A stretch of DNA of 25,868 bases, taken from IMG/VR virus record IMGVR_UViG_3300037067_027627; one strand, 5' to 3'. Of the stretch, positions 1 to 7,516 are shown piece after piece. The DNA comes from a virus. Lineage: Duplodnaviria; Heunggongvirae; Uroviricota; Caudoviricetes. How positions within the stretch are numbered: the first letter of the stretch is position 1; each line of letters opens with the position of its first letter. The notes under the pieces were generated by a model. That model was not told the DNA's origin. It searched no databases and was given only the letters and a program-made list of their open reading frames with translations. The position numbers and the translations under genes were made by a program.

Positions 1-1603
1 TCGGTTTTTTTGATAATACTTCCTGAAGGATTATCTTCATAACCGGGTTGTTCATGGGGTCATCGTCTTTCTTCTTCTCTAGGGTATGCGTGAGTAATTT
101 CCCAAGAAGATCAGACTGATTCTGCATCATCATGGCAACCTGCGGGTTCTGCTGGGGTTGTGTCGAAGGTGATACTGCTGATGACATGCGTTCCTTCATC
201 ATTTCCATCATCATCATACGCAGTTCTTTCGCCTCAGTTGCAATCGCGTCCTCGCGCTTGGTTTCGCCCATTGCCTTTGCAAGTTTCTCTACAACACCAT
301 CGAGTTTCGAATCGATCAATCGCTCGACTTCGTATGCACTTACGCCCCGTGGCTGATTTGCACGGTATCCCATGCCATATCCATCTGGATCGCGTCTCGG
401 CGCATACGGATCAACCGCCCCCTGTGGTGGGAACTGGTGGAATCCCGGCTGCTGAAAACCTCCGGCACCATAACCACCCTGCGGAGGGAATGATGCGCGC
501 TGCGGGTTCATCCCGGGGTTTATAAATCCCTGCTGCTGTAATGGAGCATTCATTGGAGGCAGATTCATCCCGGCGGAAGTGTCGTTCAACCGCATATTCC
601 CGGATGGGGTTCCGATCAGATTCATCATCTGCTGCTCGCGCGTGCGCTTCTTGTCTTCCTTGTATATCTCTGCTTGGTATCTCTGCGATATTTTCTGCGC
701 AGATGCCGGAGAAAGATATAACTGGAGCACACCTTGCGCTGCTGCCGGTTGCCACCCGTCTGGTTGCATATCGATATAATCGAAAATTCTTCCGACAGTG
801 TTCTCGTCAAGACCGCTTTCTTCAATGAGATCTTTTAGCACCTCATTCGGATCAAAAACATCCTCTTCAAGCACAGTTGGCGATCTCCGGTGGGCACTGC
901 GTTTGCGTGATCTCTGAGGTTCCTCTTCGTCCATATCTTCTTCCTCATAGTCTCTGCGACTTACTTTGCCGCGAGTCTTCTTAACTGGTTGTCTAACTTT
1001 TTTTGGACTCTGGATGGGAGTTCGATCTCGCGGATCATCTTCTTCGGAATCATCTTCTGGTTCGTCTTCATCTGATAACACCCTGAATCGTTTTACAGTT
1101 TTCTTCTTTCCCGTTATATCCGGGGTTGTTTCTACGACTGCTGTATACTCGGTGTCGTCATCTTCGTCTTCGTCGTCATCCTCGTCGTCTTCGTCATCTT
1201 CATCCGCGTCACTGTCATCCCCATCATCGTCTCCGGATTCGTCAATTTCGGGATCGTCGTCATCAGACGGATCTGCGGAAACCGGAGTCCCGGGAACATC
1301 AGCAGATACTGTCGGTGGAACCGCGCTTGTTTCTCCAGTGCGTGGGACATTCCCTATGGCAAGAGAACTGAACAGGTTACCAACAGCGATGTGATCGCGT
1401 GGGTTTACTCCAAACAGGCCATACACCTCATCCTTTTTCAGTCTTGCAACCCCGTTACACTTCGGGCATAGTGTTACAAAACTTTTTCCAGTACTGCTTG
1501 TCTGTATCTTCTCTTTAGGGACTTGGAATTTATGACCCTTGATACATCTCGTAGATATCGTCTTATCGATATCTCCATCGATCTCTTCTCCTATTTCAGT
1601 CAT
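1..1603 (-). CDS. Large low-complexity, probably disordered protein (partial, >534 aa): N-terminal Zn-ribbon-like motif, acidic tract, Q/P/G/M-rich region, coiled coil
   Basis: My translation of the minus frame from ATG 1603 finds no stop to the window edge, which explains its absence from the ORF track. It begins MTEIGEEIDGDIDKTISTRCIKGHKF...LCPKCNG. The start overlaps the upstream stop (ATGA) and is preceded by GGTGA. Confidence 0.85.
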   Translation of the reverse strand, partial: MTEIGEEIDGDIDKTISTRCIKGHKFQVPKEKIQTSSTGKSFVTLCPKCNGVARLKKDEVYGLFGVNPRDHIAVGNLFSSLAIGNVPRTGETSAVPPTVSADVPGTPVSADPSDDDDPEIDESGDDDGDDSDADEDDEDDEDDDEDEDDDTEYTAVVETTPDITGKKKTVKRFRVLSDEDEPEDDSEEDDPRDRTPIQSPKKVRQPVKKTRGKVSRRDYEEEDMDEEEPQRSRKRSAHRRSPTVLEEDVFDPNEVLKDLIEESGLDENTVGRIFDYIDMQPDGWQPAAAQGVLQLYLSPASAQKISQRYQAEIYKEDKKRTREQQMMNLIGTPSGNMRLNDTSAGMNLPPMNAPLQQQGFINPGMNPQRASFPPQGGYGAGGFQQPGFHQFPPQGAVDPYAPRRDPDGYGMGYRANQPRGVSAYEVERLIDSKLDGVVEKLAKAMGETKREDAIATEAKELRMMMMEMMKERMSSAVSPSTQPQQNPQVAMMMQNQSDLLGKLLTHTLEKKKDDDPMNNPVMKIILQEVLSKKP

Positions 1604-2160
1604 TTGTGTTCACCATCTTCCTCAGATACGACGGACATTGGGCGATCCACGGGATCTCCTGCAAATTTCATATATGTGAGATATGCAGCAAGAAGACCAC
1701 CCGCAAGAACACTTGCACCCTTCATCGTTAGTTTCTGACGATCCTCATACGGTAGATCCTCACGGGTAAACCCTTGCATGAGAGTTGCCGCACCCATTCC
1801 AATAACAGATCCACCCGCCGATGTAATTCCTGATAATTCTCCAAACGTTTCAAGTGCGAGAAACGGATTTTCTCGCGGTAACGCAAGCGATCCACCGCTT
1901 GCGTCCGGTGTCGATACTGTAACACTTTTGCGTTGCAGTATCACTTCTCCAGATTTAACTCCCTTTTCAAGATCGGATAGAATCTTCTGAACTTTCTTTA
2001 CACGTCTCGAAACGGTTACCGGTGATTTAACACCATACTTCGTTGCGAGATCCTTGTAATTAGATCCTTCCCCTCCAGCCATACGATCGTTAAACATGGA
2101 AATATCACGTTCTTTGACACCTTTCTTCTTTAAAATGTCAATAGTTGATATGCCTTCCAT
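1600..2160 (-). CDS. HTH DNA-binding protein with C-terminal hydrophobic, probably membrane, helices
   Basis: HTH-like segment YKDLATKYGVKSPVTVSRRVKKV; hydrophobic segments GGSVIGMGAATLM and GASVLAGGLLAAYLTYMKF. ATG 2160 lies about 28 nt downstream of TTTATATA; the ORF track starts at GTG 2181. Confidence 0.72.
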   Translation of the reverse strand: MEGISTIDILKKKGVKERDISMFNDRMAGGEGSNYKDLATKYGVKSPVTVSRRVKKVQKILSDLEKGVKSGEVILQRKSVTVSTPDASGGSLALPRENPFLALETFGELSGITSAGGSVIGMGAATLMQGFTREDLPYEDRQKLTMKGASVLAGGLLAAYLTYMKFAGDPVDRPMSVVSEEDGEHK

Positions 2161-2253
2161 ACAAGATGTATGATAATGCACTAACCATATATAAAGTTTG
2201 TGTAATACTTAACAACCAAAAGTTTTTTAACGGCTACCAATATAAAGGTATCC

Positions 2254-2484
2254 ATGAAAGTACCATTCGATCTTGTAACACTCCACGGTATTCTTGGTGG
2301 TGCGGGTGGAGATTCCCCAGACGAGATGTTCGATCCCATATGGCTAGCCCGTGGAATAGAAATAGAAATGGAGCACACCGATTTCAAGGTTGCTGCAAAG
2401 GTTATCGCGAAGCAGCACCTTACTGAATTCCCAAGATATTATGAATTTCTAATAGAGATGGAAGAAAAATTAAAGAGTTTATAA
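2254..2484 (+). CDS. DUF5661-like small phage protein
   Basis: GIEIEMEHT...AKVIAKQHLTEFPRYYEFLIEME matches the DUF5661 consensus as I recall it (G.xVEMEHT...IA.DHL.E.P.YY..L..ME). Confidence 0.72.
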   Translation: MKVPFDLVTLHGILGGAGGDSPDEMFDPIWLARGIEIEMEHTDFKVAAKVIAKQHLTEFPRYYEFLIEMEEKLKSL

Positions 2485-2898
2485 CTCATCGAGTGCATTG
2501 CGTGGATTGCCACCGCATGTAGATTCCCCGATCATCAAACTCTTCGCACGTTGGGGGGATGCCCACCCGTAGCATATTTTATCAACCTCGCCCTCGAATG
2601 CAATAAACTGACCGGAACGAATATCGTTGCGGCTTATTTCAGTGCCTTCTGGAAGCCGAACTGCGTATACATCCTCTATTCGTGAATCGTCAAAGTCTAC
2701 AAGTAGATAAGCATATTCTCCACGGAACTTCGGATTCCCAAGATATCTCCATATGTCAGCTATCTCATTGCGATCTGTAACATATTGGAGTTTTATTCCG
2801 GATGCTGCAAGGTCTGCAATTGATCCAAATCTGTTAGCAACGCAAAACCACTTGGGTTTTACGCTTTTCAGCGATTTCTTTGAAATTCTTCGTGTCAT
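2479..2898 (-). CDS. Hypothetical protein
   Basis: Intact ORF; ATG 2898 lies about 23 nt downstream of a TTTTTATA box (leaderless pattern). No recognised motif. Confidence 0.62.
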   Translation of the reverse strand: MTRRISKKSLKSVKPKWFCVANRFGSIADLAASGIKLQYVTDRNEIADIWRYLGNPKFRGEYAYLLVDFDDSRIEDVYAVRLPEGTEISRNDIRSGQFIAFEGEVDKICYGWASPQRAKSLMIGESTCGGNPRNALDEL

Positions 2899-2948
2899 AC
2901 CCTGTATTCCGACACACAATTATAAAAATGTTTCTACAAGAAAACAAA

Positions 2949-3245
2949 TTATTTTGTTTTCTTTGCAAGACCAATCGTAGTTTTCTTAAACTCTTTCTCA
3001 ATTTCTGTAATAGAAACGAGATATTTCATCACTTCTTCTTCCGTAATCGTGCCATTATAAGAGAGAATAGTCCCGCTGATTGCACCGTATCCTGTATAAA
3101 ACTTGTTCATACAATCGACAATAGACGGAATATCCTTCTCTTTTATAGCATCATACGCACATTTGGCTATCTGTGTTAGATTTGATGCAAACATAGATAT
3201 GTCAGCAACACAATCTGCCCGCGTTCGTGGTTCTTTAACTGTCAT
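2949..3245 (-). CDS. Hypothetical helical protein
   Basis: 98-aa ORF in the co-oriented minus-strand run, overlapping the upstream gene end. Confidence 0.62.
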   Translation of the reverse strand: MTVKEPRTRADCVADISMFASNLTQIAKCAYDAIKEKDIPSIVDCMNKFYTGYGAISGTILSYNGTITEEEVMKYLVSITEIEKEFKKTTIGLAKKTK

Positions 3246-3531
3246 TTTGTTTGTCGTCTCCAGATCTTGCGCATTGATCTATTATATGCGATGTGAGTTT
3301 CCATTTGCGATAGGGTTTCCCCTTTATCTTTTCCCACCCATCGTGTTCCACAAGATTGCGGTGTTTGAACCGGTTCATGTTTACGACAGACAGCTCTTCT
3401 TTTGTAAGTATAGTTCGCAACTGCGAAGATATAAACCCACCGCGTCCAAACGTATGCCATATCTTTTTAATCGCGCTTACCTTTTCATCGCGGTTCCCAT
3501 AACTGCTCATTACAAAAGTACCATACCCCAT
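3235..3531 (-). CDS. Putative winged-helix protein (paralog of 3534..3833)
   Basis: FGRGGFISSQL...NLVEHDGWE...PYRKWKLT gives a helix-helix-helix-wing pattern; GGGGGT SD upstream of ATG 3531. Confidence 0.58.
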   Translation of the reverse strand: MGYGTFVMSSYGNRDEKVSAIKKIWHTFGRGGFISSQLRTILTKEELSVVNMNRFKHRNLVEHDGWEKIKGKPYRKWKLTSHIIDQCARSGDDKQNDS

Positions 3532-3533
3532 TA

Positions 3534-3833
3534 TTAAACCCCCTTGCATCCCGGTTTGAGATTTTTATTAATTGCATATACGGTACGATCTGTTATTCTC
3601 CACACATACGGAGAAGCAACCGATGACTTATTGCGCAACGGATTCGTGATTTCTCTACCCAAGCACTCCAAAATTCCGTGTCCTTCCCATCGAACAATAT
3701 CCCCACTGGTTATCTGCGGAAGCGATGCATCCGCAACAACTTTCGATCGAGTAAATCCATTCTGTCCAAACTTCTCGAAAATAGGAGTAATCTTCTCCAT
3801 ATCATCGAACGGAATACGAAATTTATAGTTCAT
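3534..3833 (-). CDS. Putative winged-helix protein (paralog of 3235..3531)
   Basis: FGQNGFTRSKV...GILECLGRE...PYVWRIT; ATGA overlap with the HD gene stop. Confidence 0.58.
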   Translation of the reverse strand: MNYKFRIPFDDMEKITPIFEKFGQNGFTRSKVVADASLPQITSGDIVRWEGHGILECLGREITNPLRNKSSVASPYVWRITDRTVYAINKNLKPGCKGV

Positions 3834-4435
3834 GTCGTCACCAATTCATATGCTGTTGATGGATCTCTACTACGTGCTGCAACAACACCACGATGTCTCG
3901 CCCATGCAAACCACTCCCGGAACGAAGCATTTGGTCGAATGCCTTTCTCTACTCCAAGCGCAACGGCATCACCGTAGTACTCCCATATCTCTCCAGACAG
4001 CCATGCTCGTAGGAGATAGAACCACCACGGATCATATAAAATCGATAGTTTATCCGCCCAACAAAGATCAGACGGTTGTTTTCCATATCGTTTGGCGTAA
4101 GAACGAGAATGATACCGGCACATATAATAATATTTCCACTCTATTTTCTTAGCTTCGGTATCCCATTTATCATCACCTTCGATAAAACCAACCCCGTTGT
4201 GGAAATTATGATCCAGAAGGGAGTTTGCAATGCGAGCTCCGCGTTCTGGGTGTTCGTCGCCATCCTTTCCGTCCATACTCTCACAACCCCAATACCCGAG
4301 ATCATGAACAAAAATGCAAACGCACATCTTCCAATCTGGATTGCCATACAGATCCAGCCATGCTCGCAAAACGGTGACGGGATGCCACCAGAACGCGTGA
4401 ACCCCGTATAGTACACTTTTGGTTCCAACCTTCAT
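3830..4435 (-). CDS. HD-superfamily phosphohydrolase-like protein
   Basis: His/Asp pattern GVHAFWWHP...CIFVHDLGYWG...HPERGA...YHS...WADK. Likely start ATG 4435 overlaps the ligase stop (ATGA). Confidence 0.72.
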   Translation of the reverse strand: MKVGTKSVLYGVHAFWWHPVTVLRAWLDLYGNPDWKMCVCIFVHDLGYWGCESMDGKDGDEHPERGARIANSLLDHNFHNGVGFIEGDDKWDTEAKKIEWKYYYMCRYHSRSYAKRYGKQPSDLCWADKLSILYDPWWFYLLRAWLSGEIWEYYGDAVALGVEKGIRPNASFREWFAWARHRGVVAARSRDPSTAYELVTT

Positions 4436-5316
4436 TGCAATCCCTTCCTGATCTCTTCTACCCGATCCTGATAGTAGCTGAACAACTTCCGTTCTGGAGC
4501 AGAACAGTTGTGCTTCTTGCACTCGATTTTTACGTATTCTGCCACACGCGGCATTGCTTTGCCAACATCAAAGAAATCATTTCCGAGATCCGCATATACC
4601 TTTTCCACACTCCCAAAGACCTCGCTATCTGGAAGTGAAGGGAGAAGTATCCGCGCATTTTCAGGATCTTCAGCGCGCGGTACTTTCTCGTACTTGGGTG
4701 TGTCGTTCTTCTCCTTGAAGTAAATCCAGTCAGCCCCGTTCACGTACTTGCCCACAGTGCCCTCGCGGTGCAGTTCTACGGTCTTTTTTAGCATCTGATC
4801 GCGGAACTGCATCAGAGACTCAAGATCGTTCAACCGGGTCGTTCCAAGCAGGTCTACAATGGGTATCTTGTGATGATAGCATTCCTGAAACACCTTGGTA
4901 TAATGGAAAAACCCTCCAAGTTTCGCAGACCAGATATCAAACACAATAAATGAGTGATCATCGTGAGTCTCGATCTTTGTAGGAGATTTCCCTTTTATCA
5001 GAAGTTCTCCGAATACCATATACGCGTCGTTCCAGTTTTCTGCATCTTTCAGGAGTTCGATCACATTCACGAACTGCGGGGTCATCTTGAAATAGTTATG
5101 AAACTGATCCGAAGCAACGTCCATATTGCGGCTGCGCGCATGCCAATTCCCGTCTGCATCAAGATACACCCCAAAGTTGCTTCCGTCATACTTGAGCGTC
5201 CACACGACTTCCTTTCCCAGAAGTATATGGGGGTTCGGATGCAGTTGTGATATACGATCAAGATCCGGGTATTTTACTTTTGTTGGGTCTATAACCCACC
5301 GTGTTGGTTCATCCAT
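4432..5316 (-). CDS. ATP-dependent RNA ligase, Rnl2-like nucleotidyltransferase
   Basis: Motif I TLKYDGSN, motif III VFGELL, IIIa FIVFDIW, IV REGTVGK, V YFKEK. No OB domain as in DNA ligases; the helical C-terminal tail resembles that of Rnl2. GGTGA SD. Confidence 0.83.
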   Translation of the reverse strand: MDEPTRWVIDPTKVKYPDLDRISQLHPNPHILLGKEVVWTLKYDGSNFGVYLDADGNWHARSRNMDVASDQFHNYFKMTPQFVNVIELLKDAENWNDAYMVFGELLIKGKSPTKIETHDDHSFIVFDIWSAKLGGFFHYTKVFQECYHHKIPIVDLLGTTRLNDLESLMQFRDQMLKKTVELHREGTVGKYVNGADWIYFKEKNDTPKYEKVPRAEDPENARILLPSLPDSEVFGSVEKVYADLGNDFFDVGKAMPRVAEYVKIECKKHNCSAPERKLFSYYQDRVEEIRKGLQ

Positions 5317-5338
5317 TGTGTTTTCACCTGTTTTCTTT

Positions 5339-5695
5339 CTATTTTACATCCACACGTCTGAGGTTTCCAAACTGTAATCGCGAGTAATCGAAAGCGAGCT
5401 TCGTTATGCGATCGATCTTCGTTCTGAGTGCGCGCGCAAGCTCGGCATCTTCGAACCCATATATATACATCAGTTCGTCGCACATGAATATCACGTCTGC
5501 GATCTCTTCAAGCACCTTTTCGGACGGGACACGCCCTCTTCGTTCGTGATTAATCGCAACAATAAGCTCTCCGCATTCTTCCTGCGCCATATCCTGCTGA
5601 TCGCGAATGCCCCAATTAGATACGCATGTCGCGTATAACCTGCGAAGTTCCTCGGACGACTGATCATTATTTCCAATTAGTGGCGGAACTATCAT
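5339..5695 (-). CDS. MazG-like all-alpha NTP pyrophosphohydrolase
   Basis: EECGEL...EEIADVIFM acidic helix pair typical of the MazG/all-alpha NTP-PPase superfamily. Confidence 0.85.
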   Translation of the reverse strand: MIVPPLIGNNDQSSEELRRLYATCVSNWGIRDQQDMAQEECGELIVAINHERRGRVPSEKVLEEIADVIFMCDELMYIYGFEDAELARALRTKIDRITKLAFDYSRLQFGNLRRVDVK

Positions 5696-5716
5696 ACTAT
5701 AGTATTTGTTAAGTGG

Positions 5717-5728
5717 GTTTATATAAAC
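5717..5728 (-). promoter_or_regulatory. Palindromic TATA box (GTTTATATAAAC) upstream of the MazG-ligase-HD-wHTH run
   Basis: Perfect 12-bp palindrome 22 nt upstream of ATG 5695, matching archaeal leaderless promoter spacing. Confidence 0.6.
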
Positions 5729-5745
5729 GCTTGCAAAAGAGTGGG

Positions 5746-6117
5746 TTATGTTGGAATGCCGTTGTCAATGCTGACACGATGCCTGTCTTTCAATTCCTGC
5801 TGCTTACCGCGATTCCATCCAGTTACATCTGATAAATAACCGGTCACACGACTCACGACATTAACATCGTGCGATCCACATTCAGTGCACATCGGCTGCC
5901 CACACTTTGGGCAATACGCAGTTCCCTGATGTATGGTGCTAATGCATGTACATTTATGATCGCTTGCACAAAGCGGGATCAGTTCTACTCCGCAATCGGC
6001 GCAAACCGGGCATTTCCCGTCGTCTCCACCAAATGCTGATATTTCATCTTCGTATTCCACGGCGTAACACGCCGGGCACTTCAATCGTTTTCTTGATGCC
6101 GTACCGTCTGCCATCAT
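5746..6117 (-). CDS. Small multi-zinc protein ending in a class III RNR (NrdD) C-terminal glycyl-radical-like motif
   Basis: CPAC, CPVCADC, CASDHKCTC, CPKC, CTEC clusters followed by VVSRVTGYLSDVTGWNRGKQQELKDR. Far too short to be a full NrdD. GGGGGTG SD before ATG 6117. Confidence 0.8.
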   Translation of the reverse strand: MMADGTASRKRLKCPACYAVEYEDEISAFGGDDGKCPVCADCGVELIPLCASDHKCTCISTIHQGTAYCPKCGQPMCTECGSHDVNVVSRVTGYLSDVTGWNRGKQQELKDRHRVSIDNGIPT

Positions 6118-6192
6118 ATGCACCCCCATCGTGCAAGATACATTGGCAATCCCGGTAAATATAGGTTGCTATCACGTTTAAATCAGACGGAG

Positions 6193-6726
6193 TTAACACC
6201 GCATTTCCGGGAACTTTTTATACATAACAACCTTGTATCGATCCATCTGTGTTACCCCGGTATTGTAACCCTCAGGTCTGCTTTGTTTTTTACTCACCAG
6301 ATACCCGGCATTCCTGAAAAAAGTAAGAGAAGCAGTGTTTGAAGCACGAACATCAAGAATGATTCCACGATATCTTCCGGTACTGCGCATGTAATTTTCG
6401 AGCACCGTAATCAAAGATTTCCCAATGCCCCGTCTCCGGACTTTATATTTTACAGCAAACCTCGATACATAGACATACCCTTTGTATGCACTCGAATGAG
6501 AATATATTTCATTGGGTGTGCCGACGATATATCCGTAAACAGGTTCAGATCTGTCGGGCAACCCGCACCCGGTTGCAACCAGAAACATCTCCCCGTGGTG
6601 CACAACGTTGCGAGCAAACGAAGTTTCTGCAAAGCTCGACACCATAGACTCGGAATCTATCTTATAGACATGCGGAACATCTGACAGTTCCGATTGCCGC
6701 ACGTTGAACCACCCGAAATTGATCAT
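6193..6726 (-). CDS. GNAT family N-acetyltransferase (RimI-like)
   Basis: YVSRFAVKYKVRRRGIGKSLI (motif A, R/QxxGxG) and LDVRASNTASLTFFRNAGY (motif B). Start uncertain (6726, 6735 or further upstream). Confidence 0.8.
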   Translation of the reverse strand: MINFGWFNVRQSELSDVPHVYKIDSESMVSSFAETSFARNVVHHGEMFLVATGCGLPDRSEPVYGYIVGTPNEIYSHSSAYKGYVYVSRFAVKYKVRRRGIGKSLITVLENYMRSTGRYRGIILDVRASNTASLTFFRNAGYLVSKKQSRPEGYNTGVTQMDRYKVVMYKKFPEMRC

Positions 6727-6763
6727 TTCAACCACACAACTATTCGGCACCCTCGTATTTATA

Positions 6764-7111
6764 TCATTCTCCTTTGTGATTGCGAAGAGTCGCCGGGAGT
6801 TTAAACGACGATCTGCGTATTTTTGGAATGGCAACCACGCCAGAACCTACTATCTTGTCCATTTTATATTTATTTCTTCTGTGCGCGTTAACCTTGCCGC
6901 GATTTCTACGATAGTACCTAAGCTGTTTGGATGTCAACTTGACATAAAACGGCGCGTCTTCTATATGTGTCTTAAAAACCGACTGATACCAGTAGCAGTG
7001 GTGAAGATGCCCATACAACGATATCCGTGATTTCATAACGCGCCCGCATGAAAAGCATCTCCACACCGGGCTTCCGGGCACACCGATCCGGAAATTCTCT
7101 ATTTTCGACAT
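6764..7111 (-). CDS. Basic protein with a C2H2/C2HC-type zinc finger
   Basis: RCFSCGRVMKSRISLYGHLHHC followed by the basic segment YYRRNRGKVNAHRRNKYK; TATATACT about 25 nt upstream. Confidence 0.6.
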   Translation of the reverse strand: MSKIENFRIGVPGSPVWRCFSCGRVMKSRISLYGHLHHCYWYQSVFKTHIEDAPFYVKLTSKQLRYYRRNRGKVNAHRRNKYKMDKIVGSGVVAIPKIRRSSFKLPATLRNHKGE

Positions 7112-7231
7112 AACTAAATCGACATTGATTGTTATAGTATATACGCTTTACCATAGTTGCGCTCACAACCCTGTTGTTTTACGGAAATATGCTTCAAAAC
7201 GATACGTTTTTGAGTTTGTAAAATCAACATT

Positions 7232-7492
7232 ATGAGTATGCAAGATCTAATAACATCGATTATACCGATGATTCAATACCCGGCATCAGCATGTACAGTA
7301 ATCGCGTACTACTTTATTGGAAGCAACAAATCAGACACTACTAAAATTAGGTTCGGATTTGTGTTAGGACTACTTGGAAACTTGGTGTGGATTTTGTACG
7401 CGTTGTTCCCGATTCAGTGGGGACTGATCATAACAAATGCATTCATTCTCAGCTTTGGGATTCGCGGGTACCTGAATAACACTATAAAGTAA
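7232..7492 (+). CDS. Small 3-TM membrane protein (PnuC/SemiSWEET-like topology)
   Basis: Three hydrophobic helices, including GFVLGLLGNLVWILYAL and QWGLIITNAFIL. Confidence 0.7.
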   Translation: MSMQDLITSIIPMIQYPASACTVIAYYFIGSNKSDTTKIRFGFVLGLLGNLVWILYALFPIQWGLIITNAFILSFGIRGYLNNTIK

Positions 7493-7516
7493 TATAAAAA
7501 AGAATGAAAAACACTA
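7490..7516 (-). terminator. Possible oligo-T terminator at a convergent junction
   Basis: The minus strand reads GTTTTTCATTCTTTTTTAT immediately after the MTase stop. Confidence 0.4.

Noticed and set aside
132-828. Several short ORFs on both strands listed in the track (132, 160, 411, 541, 579, 625)
   Set aside because: All overlap the long open minus frame <1..1603 and lack SD sites or motifs.
1153-1263. Triplet-like repeats as a CRISPR or satellite array
   Set aside because: These are irregular Asp/Glu codons within a CDS, with no repeat-spacer periodicity.
966-1394. Plus-strand 142-aa poly-Ser ORF
   Set aside because: It is the antisense shadow of the GAT/GAC/GAA acidic tract of the real minus-strand gene.
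4432-5316. DNA ligase assignment
   Set aside because: No OB-fold or DNA-binding domain; the KxDGxN motif and size fit RNA ligases better.
5746-6129. Calling this gene nrdD
   Set aside because: It lacks the ~600-aa catalytic barrel; only the tail motif is present.
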